A DNA stretch of 64,000 nt, taken from assembly GCA_026004615.1 (NCBI GenBank), contig BPJM01000001.1, positions 251,482 through 315,481 on the forward strand, read 5' to 3'. The notes below the pieces were generated by a model. The model ran no database searches, was not told the origin of the DNA, and was given only the letters and a program-made list of their open reading frames with translations. Both the position numbers and the translations under genes were made by a program. Within the stretch, counting starts at the first letter, position 1. The number at the start of each line of letters is the position of its first letter. This DNA comes from Planctomycetota bacterium (GTDB taxonomy: Bacteria > Planctomycetota > J058 > J103). Positions 48,161-56,809 of the stretch are shown piece by piece.

Positions 48161-48961
48161 CTACTCCAGCTCCAGGCGCCGTTCCCGCACCTCCTCGGTC
48201 GGCTCGCGCCGCGGCGGAGCGGGCGCCGGTTCCCCGCGCTCGATCTCCCTCTCGATCGCGTCTCCTTGCTGGGCGGCGCGCTCGGCCGGCGGGGCGGCTT
48301 CGCCCGCCGGCGGTGCGAGCTCGCGCACCGGGCGCGCGAGCTCGGCGGCCGGAGGTGCCAGCTCGGCCGCGGGCTCCCGCCCGCACTGCGCGGACTCGCC
48401 TTCCGCCGCCCCCGCCTCCCCGAGCAGCTCCGCCTCCAGCGCCTCCAGCTCCCGGTCCTCGCGCTCCGCACCCAGCTCCATGCTGGTGTCCAGGGTGGCG
48501 ACAGCGTGCATCGCCTCCTCGAACTTCTCGCGGCTCTCCTCGAAGCGCAGCGCGATCTCCTCGATCTGCTTGTCGTCCACGCCCCTGAGCTTCATCGCCT
48601 CCATCTCCTGGATCTTGCCGATGAGCTGCAGGTGCAGGTTGATGTTGTGCCGGTAGATGCGCTGCCGCTGCTCGTAGAGGTCCATCTGCCGGCGCAGGCG
48701 CTGGATCTGGAACAGCACGCTCTTCTTGCGGCGGCCATCGACGACGCCCGCGCGCACCTTCGCCGCCTCGCTGCGCTCCAACGCCTCCAGCTTGGCCAGC
48801 TCGCGGTCCAGCTCGTTCAGTTCCACCTCGTTGTGGGTCAGCAGCCGGTCCAGACCGTGCAGCAGCTCGCGCGTGCTGCGCGCGGTCTCGAACAGCCGCC
48901 GCGTCTCCTCCGGCAGATCCGGCCGCACGAACAGGCTCTTGATCCGATCCAGCAACGCCAC
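48161..48961 (-). CDS. ESCRT-III/Snf7-like protein (266 aa) with extended Pro/Ala/Glu-rich tail
   Basis: GTG at 48961 after GGGGAAGGA. ..ELNELDRELAKLEALERSEAAKVRAGVVDGRRKKSVLFQIQRLRRQMDLYEQRQRIYRHNINLHLQLIGKIQEMEAMK..DDKQIEEIALRFEESREKFEE.. parallels the Snf7/CHMP4 alpha1-alpha4 layout. The tail has the repeat AAELAPPAAELARPVRELAPPAGEAAPPAE. Confidence 0.72.
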   Translation of the reverse strand: MALLDRIKSLFVRPDLPEETRRLFETARSTRELLHGLDRLLTHNEVELNELDRELAKLEALERSEAAKVRAGVVDGRRKKSVLFQIQRLRRQMDLYEQRQRIYRHNINLHLQLIGKIQEMEAMKLRGVDDKQIEEIALRFEESREKFEEAMHAVATLDTSMELGAEREDRELEALEAELLGEAGAAEGESAQCGREPAAELAPPAAELARPVRELAPPAGEAAPPAERAAQQGDAIEREIERGEPAPAPPRREPTEEVRERRLELE

Positions 48962-49024
48962 GCCAGTCGTCCTTCCCCGCTCGGTCTTCAGGCCACCGGG
49001 CGCGACACGCCGGCACCCACGGCC

Positions 49025-50455
49025 TCACAGGCGCCGGCGCTTGAGGATCGCGCGCTCGCCGACCTCCAGGAGCGACAGCTCCGGATCGCGCGCGAGCAAC
49101 TCCCCCACCGCGCGCGCCAGCAGGCGCTCCTCCACCTCCATCTCCTCCTGGATCGCCCGCACCACCACGTGCCCGCCCCGCAGCGACAGCTCCGGATGCG
49201 ACTCCAGGTGCCGCCGCACCCGCTCCACCTTCTCGCGATCGCTCTCGGGATCGAACAGCCGCAGCACCCCGCCCCACCGCTCGTCCTCAGCATGCTGGAG
49301 CTGCCAGCGCGTGCCCCCCCGCCACTGGACCGCGCAGACCAGCCGATCGCGGCCCGCCAGGTGGTGCGCGACCTCGGGCTCCCAGCCGGTGGTCGACAGC
49401 ACCCCGACGTAGCAGAACGGCTCCTCCACCCCCCCTGCCCCCGCCAGCCCGATCAGCTCCAGCGCCCGTTCCAGCTCCGGCACCCCGGCGGGCCGACTCG
49501 CGCACCGGCGCACGAGCAGCTCCTGCAGCGGCGAGACGACACACGCTGCAAGCACCAGCCGCGTCTCGCGCCGCCCGAAGATCGAGCGCGTGAACACGCG
49601 GTAGACCGACGCCTCGTCGCGCGGCATCGCATCGAGCAGCGCCCGTTCGTAGATGCGGTGCCGCTTCATGAGGTCGACCACCTCGTCGGAGCGCGCGCGC
49701 CGCTGGTGCGTGCGGTCGCGTGGACCCGCGTTGAGCATGGTCCCGTCGAGCGGATGCGGCAGGCGGCGCACCTCCGCCATCTTCTCGTCGAAGCGCGCGA
49801 TGAACAGCTCCTCCAGCGCGCGTGCGCGCTCCAGCAGCACCGCCCCGTCGGGCAGCGCCTCGGGCAAGGGCAGCGCCGGCACCGGCGGCGGATCGCCCGC
49901 GCGGCCGCCTCCCACCACCTCGGCGACCAGGTCCAGCACCGAGACCTCGCTCGGCTGCAGCGCCCGCTTGCCGGTCAGCCGCGCGAAGAAGGCCTCCACC
50001 ACCTCGTGCGCCTGCTCGCTCGTCAGCGCCACCGGCACCAGACCCGGCGCCAGGCGCGCAGGCGGCTCGGGCGCCCCAGCCCCGGACAGCTCGCAACCGG
50101 CCGGCTGCAGGACATCCTCGTACAGCGCGCGCAGCTTCTCGGCCAGCAGCGCCGGCTCCTCGCGCAGGTTGCGCAGCACCTCGCGGATCTCCGCCAGCGA
50201 GCGGCCGAAGCGCGTCTTCATGGCGTGGATCGCCAGCAGCACCGGCAGGATCCAGTCCTCGCGGTACACCGGTGTCCGCCCGCCGCGACGCGCCTGCGGC
50301 GGCGGCAGCACGCCCTCGCTCACGTAGAAGCGCAGCGTGCGCTCCGAGGTCGGAAACCCCAGCGCCGTCGAGCGCTCCTCGATCTCGCGGTAATCGAGCA
50401 GGCGCTCCTCCTCGTCCTTCAGGCGGGCCCCCAGCTCCTGCAGTCGCTCGTTCAC
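49025..50455 (-). CDS. MerR-type HTH domain protein with large uncharacterised C-terminal region (cluster member)
   Basis: GTG at 50455. LLDYREIEERSTALGFPTSERTLRFYVSEGVLPPP is a MerR-like HTH/wing signature. The remaining ~380 aa have no domain I recognise. Confidence 0.7.
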   Translation of the reverse strand: MNERLQELGARLKDEEERLLDYREIEERSTALGFPTSERTLRFYVSEGVLPPPQARRGGRTPVYREDWILPVLLAIHAMKTRFGRSLAEIREVLRNLREEPALLAEKLRALYEDVLQPAGCELSGAGAPEPPARLAPGLVPVALTSEQAHEVVEAFFARLTGKRALQPSEVSVLDLVAEVVGGGRAGDPPPVPALPLPEALPDGAVLLERARALEELFIARFDEKMAEVRRLPHPLDGTMLNAGPRDRTHQRRARSDEVVDLMKRHRIYERALLDAMPRDEASVYRVFTRSIFGRRETRLVLAACVVSPLQELLVRRCASRPAGVPELERALELIGLAGAGGVEEPFCYVGVLSTTGWEPEVAHHLAGRDRLVCAVQWRGGTRWQLQHAEDERWGGVLRLFDPESDREKVERVRRHLESHPELSLRGGHVVVRAIQEEMEVEERLLARAVGELLARDPELSLLEVGERAILKRRRL

Positions 50456-50533
50456 GGTCCTCGCTCGCTCTCCCCTCCGGGCATCCGGCCGCAGCCGAAC
50501 CGCCCTCCCCGCGCCATCTCCCGCAGCCGCCAG

Positions 50534-50558
50534 GCAGCTGTCAGCAGCTGTCAGCAGC
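50534..50558 (-). promoter_or_regulatory. tandem 10-bp repeat carrying CAGCTG palindromes in the 5' leader of the HTH gene (candidate operator)
   Basis: Plus strand GCAGCTGTCA-GCAGCTGTCA-GCAGC (2.5 copies), located between the putative -10 box (50566-50571) and the GTG at 50455. Confidence 0.35.
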
Positions 50559-50565
50559 CTCCGGA

Positions 50566-50595
50566 ACTATAGCACCGCCACCGGCCATCGGGCAA
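50566..50595 (-). promoter_or_regulatory. sigma70-like promoter for the ESCRT-like operon (minus strand TTGCCC-N18-TATAGT)
   Basis: Minus-strand TTGCCC (50595-50590) and TATAGT (50571-50566). This is the only AT-rich hexamer in the 317-nt gap upstream of the HTH gene. Confidence 0.4.
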
Positions 50596-50772
50596 AGGTG
50601 GGCGCGCCCGGCCTGCCCCGCCGAACGCCCAGCGAACGGCGCGCCAGCGGGAGACCGAACCTGGCGCCGAATGCAACACGTTCGCAGAAAAGATGTTGGG
50701 CAGATGCGGGCGCGGCTGCCGCCGGGATCGACGCCAGCCCCGTGGCGTGGTTCCCCAACCGGCTGCGCCGGC

Positions 50773-51784
50773 TCAGCGCGCCGCGGCACCCTGCCGCGCC
50801 AGCGACGCCAGGCGCGCCGCCGCGCCGCCGGCGACCGAGGCCACCGCCTGCAGCTGCGCCGGCTGCTCGAGCACGCCCTTGCGCAGCAGCTGCGTGGCCT
50901 CCTGCTGCAGCGCCTGCAGCGCCGCGGGCGACAGCGTCTGCAGCCCGCCGCTCGCGAGCAGCTGCTGCGCATCGCTCGCGATGCGAGTGCAGGTCTCGGC
51001 CGCACGCTGCCGCAGCCCCAGGGCGAGCGCGGTGGCGAGCTCACGAGGCGGCTCGCGCTCCAGCCATCCGCGCTCGATCAGCCCCGCGCTCCACCGGAAG
51101 TCCTCCTCGGTGAGCCGCCGGTCGATGCCGCCGAGCTCGCGCGCCACCTGGAACCTGGCCAGCAGCTGCTCGGCGCTCTGCTGCGCCTGGGCCAGCTGCT
51201 GGCGCTCGAGCGGCACGCCGGATTGGCGCGCGGCCACGTACGCGCTGTCCGCGACCGCCAGCGCAAGCGCGACCTGCTCCTGCGCCGGCAGGGCAGCGGT
51301 GCCGAGCAGCTCCAGGCCCGCCTGCACGAATGCCGCGCTGCGCGCGGAGGCCTGGCTGCCCAGCCGCTCGCGCTCGTACAGCTGCATGAGCTCGCCGTGG
51401 CGCTGCAGCGCCTGGGCGCGCGCCTCCGCATGCGCCGTCCGGCCCAGCGCGGCCACCAGCGCCTGCACGCGCTCGCCGTCCAGCCGGCCCCCCCGCGATG
51501 GGTTCCCGCGCCTGCTGGCCGACGGCGGTGCTGGAGGCCCCACCCGCCAGGGCCGCCATGATCTGATCGAAACTGCGAAGGGTCTCGGCATCCGGGGTGC
51601 TCTCCAGCGAGGCGTGCAGCATGGCCGCCCCGAGATCGGGCACCGGGCCGCCGGTGCGCGGGATGCGGATCGGCTCCCCGCCCTTGCCGGCCTCCGCCGG
51701 GGGTGCGGCCGCCTCGGGCTCCGCCGCCCCCGGCTGCCAGTCGATCCCCTGCCCCTCGATCCCGCCCGCCCCACGGACCCCCAT
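50773..51784 (-). CDS. all-helical hypothetical protein; apparent 1-nt frameshift at the homopolymer 51488-51494
   Basis: ATG at 51784 after AGAGAGGA: MGVRGAGGIEGQGIDWQ..TLRSFDQIMAALAGG..AVGQQAREPIAGG. It then continues in the 50773 frame (RLDGERVQALVAALGRTAHAEARAQALQRHGELMQLYERERL..). The junction falls on a G7 run (minus sense). Confidence 0.6.
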
Positions 51785-52175
51785 GGCCGTCCTCTCTTCG
51801 CCGCCACGTGTCGCGCCCGCAATGTATGCTCACCCGCGGCGCTGCGCAATGGGCGTCCCACCCCAACCGCCGTCCGTGCCTGCACCGCCGCGCGGCGCAG
51901 CCCTCTCGCCGCTGGCCGCGCGCGTCCGCCGGGAGCAAGCGCGGCGGCACTCGCCTCGGTGGGGGCTGCGCGCCGGCTCACGCGCTCGCCGCGCCTGCGG
52001 CCGGCGCGCGCCCGCTCGTGCGGCGCCGCGGTTACAATCGGCCTGGCGCGCACCGCTGGCGCCCGCGCTGGCGGACCGCGAGCGCCCGGCGGCGCGCGCG
52101 CCAGGCGGGCATGGTGCCCGCGGGGCCGCGTCCGTGCGGCGAGCGGGCCCCGGAGCGGACAAGGAGGCAACAGCG

Positions 52176-52601
52176 GTGACAGCGAGACTGCACCACGTGG
52201 GGATCGCGGTGCGCGACCTCGAGCAGGCACGCGCGCGCTGGGAACTGGCCCTCGGAGCGGCAGCGGGTCCGGTCGAACAGGTACCGGAGGAGGGGGTGCG
52301 GATCGCGTTCATCGAGGCGGGCCAGAGCCGCATCGAGCTGCTGGAGCCGCTGGACGAACACGGTCCGGTCGCCCGCTTCCTCGCGCGCCGCGGTGAAGGG
52401 GTGCACCACCTGGCGTTCGCGGTCGATGACCTCGCAGCGGCGCTGGAGCGCCTGAAGGCCGCCGGCGTGCAGGTGCTGGACGAGCAGCCGCGCGTGCGCG
52501 GCAACGGCGATCGCTCCATCGTGTTCATCCATCCGCGCGCCATGGGCGGGGTACTGACCGAGCTGGTGGAGTACCACCGGCAGGGCGCCCGGGAGGGATG
52601 A
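52176..52601 (+). CDS. mce: methylmalonyl-CoA epimerase (VOC/glyoxalase fold)
   Basis: GTG at 52176, 8 nt after AAGGAGG. LHHVGIAVRDLEQA..IAFIEAGQSRIELLEPL..GPVARFLARRGEGVHHLAFAVDDL..FIHPRAMGGVLTELVE. Confidence 0.88.
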   Translation: MTARLHHVGIAVRDLEQARARWELALGAAAGPVEQVPEEGVRIAFIEAGQSRIELLEPLDEHGPVARFLARRGEGVHHLAFAVDDLAAALERLKAAGVQVLDEQPRVRGNGDRSIVFIHPRAMGGVLTELVEYHRQGAREG

Positions 52602-53161
52602 GCGCCCGGCCCGCCGGCCCGTCCGCCCACCCGCCCGCCACCACCGCCGATCGGACACCGACCCCCGGCCGTCGCCGCCGCTGCCGGAGCCTGCCGTGGG
52701 TCTCCGCCCCCGCCACCGCCGCCCACCGGAGGATGAGACCCCGCGCCCCGGCCGGGAGCCCTGCCCCCCGCCGGCAGGCTGCCCCGAGCCGGTGTTCGAG
52801 CCCATTTCCTCGACCCCTGGCTGCCCTGCCTGCGATCCAGATTCGTTGCAGACCGGGCCGCAATGCGTATCACGACCCGGACCGGCGCGCCGCGCCTTTT
52901 ACGGAACCGGGACTTGACGCGCTGCATTGCCAGGAGACAATGCCTGGCTCGATCCGCGAGGAGACGGCGGCCCGAGCTGCGCCGAGCAGCGGCGCAACTA
53001 CGGCGCGGGGGAGCTGGCGGGTGGATTGCGTTTCGGCACCTGCGTTGCTCCCCCGACCCGGCAACGATCGGTCAGGCTCCGTCGGACAGGGAGATCGGGC
53101 TCACGCGAGCCGGGGCACGGAACCGCCCGATCTCACAGGCGCACGAAGGAGGTGAGCAGAC

Positions 53162-55006
53162 GTGAGACCCAGAAGGACGAGGTGGGTGCTGCCAGCGGTG
53201 ACGGCGCTCAGCGTAGCCGGCCTGGTGGTCGGCTGCGGTAGCGGCAAGGACCGCACCACCGGCGGTGGCAGCAGCAGTGGCAGTACGACCGCCCAGGGAC
53301 AGTTCCACACCGTGGGTCAGCTGGTGACGGGCCGCAAGGGCCACTCCGCGACGCTGATCCCCTCGACGGGACAGGTGCTGGTGGTCGGCGGGTTGGCGCG
53401 CGCGGGTGGGACGGACGTCGCGGTGGAGACGGCGGAGCTGTTCGATCCCGCCAGCGGCCGCTTCGTGCCGGTGCAGGCCCGGCTGAGCACCGCGCGGGCC
53501 TACCACGCGGCGGCGGTCTCCGCGATCGGAAACGTGCTCATCGCCGGCGGGCAGCAGGACGCGCAGGGCAACCAGCTGCTGCAGACCGTCGAGGTCTACA
53601 GCGCGCAGACCGGCCGCTTCAGCACCGCGTCCTCGCTCGATTTCGCGGTCAGCGAGGCGCTGGCCTTCACCTACCCGTGGCAGGGCGCACAGCGCTTCCT
53701 GGTCGCCGGCGGGCGGGCGACGGGCCAGGTGGCTCGCGCGAACGGCTATCGCTACACCGCGGATGCCGCCCCGACGCGCGTGGGTGCGGCCTCCCTGCTC
53801 GCGGCGCGCTACGGCGCGCGCACGGCGCCGCTCGACGCCCAGGGCAACCGGGTGGTGGTGGCCGGCGGCCTGACGACGGCGGTCGAGGTCTTCCACGCCG
53901 CCACCGAGAGCTTCACCGTGGTGGGCCAGCTCACCGGCGTGCGCTACGGTGCCGCACTCGCTCCGCTCGGCAACGGCAAGGTCGCGATCATCGGCGGCCG
54001 CAGCGGCGTGGCGACGAATGCCGCCGCCGAGGCGACGATCGCGATCTACGATGACGCCACGGGCACGATCCAGCTCGCGACCCGCCAGCTGCAGACCGCG
54101 CGCTCGGACGCCACGGCCGTGGCCCTGCCCAACGGCGACATCCTCGTGGTCGGCGGGATCTCCTCGACCGGCCAGGTCCTGGCCAGCACCGAGGTGATCA
54201 GCGGCAACGGGATCGACCTCACGGTGCGCCAGGGCCCGAACCTGCAGGTGGCGCGGCGCGGCCACACCGCGACGCTACTGCCGAACGGCGCCGTGCTGAT
54301 CGCCGGCGGGGAGGATCAGAGCGGCACGCCGCTCGCCTCCGCCGAGGTGTTCGCCCTGCCGGGCGTGAACGTGCCCAAGCCGACGCTCAACCCCAACGCG
54401 CCGATTCCGCAGATCACCGCGATCAACCCGACGCAGGGCCCCACGGGCACGCACGTGACGATCACGGCGAGCGGCATCTCGACCAACGTGAACGAGATCA
54501 TCGTGAAGTTCGCCGGCCTGCTGACGCCTGCGCAGTCGGCGGTGCAGAACGGCAGCTCGGTGAACGTGACCGCCGTCGTGCCGCAGAACGCGGTGAGCGG
54601 CCCGGTGACGGTGACCGACGCGCTGAGCGGCCAGACCTCCAACGGGGTGCAGTTCACCGTGACCGGCTCGGGCGGTGGTGGCACCGGCACCGGTACGCCG
54701 CCGCGGATCTGGATCCTGCTGCCGAGCCGGGCGCCGGCGTTCGTGCCGGTCGGGATCGGCGGGGCGCACTTCTCCAACCCGAGCACCCCGTGGTTCATCC
54801 CGGTGGGCTCGGGCAACGGGGTGGCTTCGGTGACGCTGTTCAACTGGAGCGTGCAGAACATCCCGCTGATCGGCTCGGTCTCGGTCGGCTTCACGATCGT
54901 GCCGCCGGCGCTCCCGGTCGGATTCGCGACGGTCGAGGTCGAGTACCTCGGCATGCGCTCCAACGCCTTCCCCTTCGAGAAGACGACCCTGGTAGTGCGG
55001 CTGTAG
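53162..55006 (+). CDS. Kelch-repeat beta-propeller lipoprotein with C-terminal IPT/TIG domains
   Basis: GTG at 53162 after AGGAGG. Lipobox LVVGCGSG. Repeated ..R..H.A..L..G.VL..GG.. blades. IPT-like PQITAINPTQGPTGTHVTITASG..VSGPVTVT. Confidence 0.85.
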   Translation: MRPRRTRWVLPAVTALSVAGLVVGCGSGKDRTTGGGSSSGSTTAQGQFHTVGQLVTGRKGHSATLIPSTGQVLVVGGLARAGGTDVAVETAELFDPASGRFVPVQARLSTARAYHAAAVSAIGNVLIAGGQQDAQGNQLLQTVEVYSAQTGRFSTASSLDFAVSEALAFTYPWQGAQRFLVAGGRATGQVARANGYRYTADAAPTRVGAASLLAARYGARTAPLDAQGNRVVVAGGLTTAVEVFHAATESFTVVGQLTGVRYGAALAPLGNGKVAIIGGRSGVATNAAAEATIAIYDDATGTIQLATRQLQTARSDATAVALPNGDILVVGGISSTGQVLASTEVISGNGIDLTVRQGPNLQVARRGHTATLLPNGAVLIAGGEDQSGTPLASAEVFALPGVNVPKPTLNPNAPIPQITAINPTQGPTGTHVTITASGISTNVNEIIVKFAGLLTPAQSAVQNGSSVNVTAVVPQNAVSGPVTVTDALSGQTSNGVQFTVTGSGGGGTGTGTPPRIWILLPSRAPAFVPVGIGGAHFSNPSTPWFIPVGSGNGVASVTLFNWSVQNIPLIGSVSVGFTIVPPALPVGFATVEVEYLGMRSNAFPFEKTTLVVRL

Positions 55007-55023
55007 CTTCCGAATGCCTGACC

Positions 55024-55059
55024 GCTGGAGGGCCGCCTCGTGCGGCCCTCCAGCTTTTT
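55024..55059 (+). terminator. rho-independent terminator of the Kelch gene
   Basis: GCTGGAGGGCCGC-CTCGT-GCGGCCCTCCAGC (13-bp perfect stem, 5-nt loop) followed directly by TTTTT, 18 nt after the stop codon. Confidence 0.88.
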
Positions 55060-55343
55060 CGGGGACGCGAGGCAGCGCAGCGAGCGAACGCCCGCTGCCC
55101 GTCAGAGCGCGCCGTCCAGGGAAGGATCGCTCTGCGGGAGCGCGGGGCGATCGTCCGGAACGCGCCGGCGCCCGCCCCCGCCGCACCTGCCCCGGTGCCC
55201 GGCACCCTCGCGCCGCGCCGCGAGGCGGCGCACCGGTGGCGAGCGCCGCGGGCAGCCCGCCCCCGCCGCCGGGTTGCCTGCGCCCACCGCCTCGTGGTAG
55301 TGCTGGAGCTCGCCGAACGCCGATCCGAACCGGTACCCGCACC

Positions 55344-56443
55344 ATGCCCCGAGCCGAACCGACGACCGCCGCTGAGGACGCCGGAGCGCGCACCGGACCG
55401 GCCGTCGAGCGCCGGGCTCCGCACCGCCCCTGGTACGGCTTTCTGTATTACGCCCTGGGCGCCCAGGGCACGTTCCTGCTCTGGGTGCTGGTGCTGCTCG
55501 GGCTCTACGCGACCCGCAAGGAGGCAGTGCTGTTTCTGTTCAACCGCGAACCCGTGCCGAGCACCGTCGCCCGCCTCGGCCCAGGGGCAGGTCGGGCTGC
55601 ACCGCTGGTTCCGCCTCAGCGCCGTCGAGATCGACCTGGAGACCGTGCGCGCGGCGCTGGCGGGCGAGGGTCGACTGGCACCGTTCGCCTCCCGCAGGGC
55701 GTACCGTGCTCATCGATCCGGACGCGCCCGCCGCCACCCGCATGGCGCGAGTGGCTTGCGCGTTCCGAGGCCCTCGCCCGCTCGCCCGTCGAGGAGCCGG
55801 ACCGGTTGCTCGCCCAGTTGAGCGAGCTGGTGCACCAGGCCCGGGCGGCGTCCCTCATGCCGCGGCTCGCACTGGTGGTCGTGCCCGCACCCGAGCGCTC
55901 CTCCCAGCCACCGGACACGGCCGCCGAGGCGCGCCGCCCGGGCCTGGCGGCCGGCGGGACGCCTCCGCCGGGGGATGCGCCGACGCCCGCCGCCTGCCGC
56001 CCTCCGTCACCGGGCAGCGCCGGCCAGCATCCCGCCACCGCCGTGCCCGACGCCTTCAGGCGCTGGCTGCTGCAGGTCGAACGAGCGCTCGAAGCGGACG
56101 TGGCGGCGAAGGGCTACACCCCGGAGTTCGCCGCCCGCCTGCGCGCGCTGTTGCACGAGGCCGGAGCGGCGGTGCAGGCGCTGCGCGCTGCGGTGCGCCC
56201 CGGGGTCGTGCGCCAGGGCCTGCTGCACCGGCTGCAGAGCGGGACGGTACAGTTGTATCGCGAGCGGTTCGGCGGTGGAGGTCGCCCGCTTCGCGCTGCG
56301 TGACCGGCCAGCGGCCGAGCCACGTGTTGGCCCTGGTCTTCGGCGGACTCGCGCTGGTGCTGCTCTTCCTCATCGCGGGGCTGTTCACCCTGCGCCGGGC
56401 GGGTGAGGAGCGCCTCGAGGCGGCCGGGGACTCGACAGCGTGA
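55344..56443 (+). pseudogene. hypothetical two-TM membrane protein, reading frame broken at least three times
   Basis: Sensible peptide segments alternate between frames. Frame 0: MPRAEPTT..WYGFLYYALGAQGTFLLWVLVLLGLYATRKEAVLFLFNREPVP. Frame 1: GLHRWFRLSAVEIDLETVRAALAGEG. Frame 0: PPAWREWLARSEALARSPVEEPDRLLAQLSELVHQARAA..RRWLLQVERALEADVAAKGYTPEFAARLRALLHEAG. Frame 2: HVLALVFGGLALVLLFLIAGLFTLRRAGEE. Confidence 0.45.
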
Positions 56444-56809
56444 GAGGCGAGCCGTCGCGGCGCGCGCCCGCCTGCCCGCCAGCCCCTGTTGCCCGGTGGG
56501 CGCAGAGGCAGAACGGGGGCGCCTGCCCCGCGGTCCTGCCCCGTCCGCCCGGGCGCCCGGCACCATGGCACCCCGGCTGCGCCGCCACTTCCCTGCCGCT
56601 CGCTAGCGGGCGCCTCGTTTCGCGAACACGCAGACGCGGGGGTTCCGCTCGGGCCCGCGCCCTGCACTGCAGTCCTGCCGCCGCGCACGCCGATTGCGAG
56701 AGTGAAGGCTACGCGGGGCGCCAGCTTGGGCATTGGGACCCTTGCGCACCGCACCGCGGCCACGGGCAGAGTACCGGGCGCCGCAACGTCCGGCGGGGAG
56801 GAGACGCGC

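Noticed and set aside
52598-53155. 185-aa plus ORF filling the mce/Kelch intergenic region.
   Set aside because: Pro/Arg/Ala-rich junk translation with no RBS. The region is better explained as a promoter plus a structured leader.
55014-56303. 429-aa plus ORF taken at face value as a single protein.
   Set aside because: Only parts of it read like protein. Sensible segments alternate with two other frames, so it is reported as a frameshifted gene rather than as this ORF.
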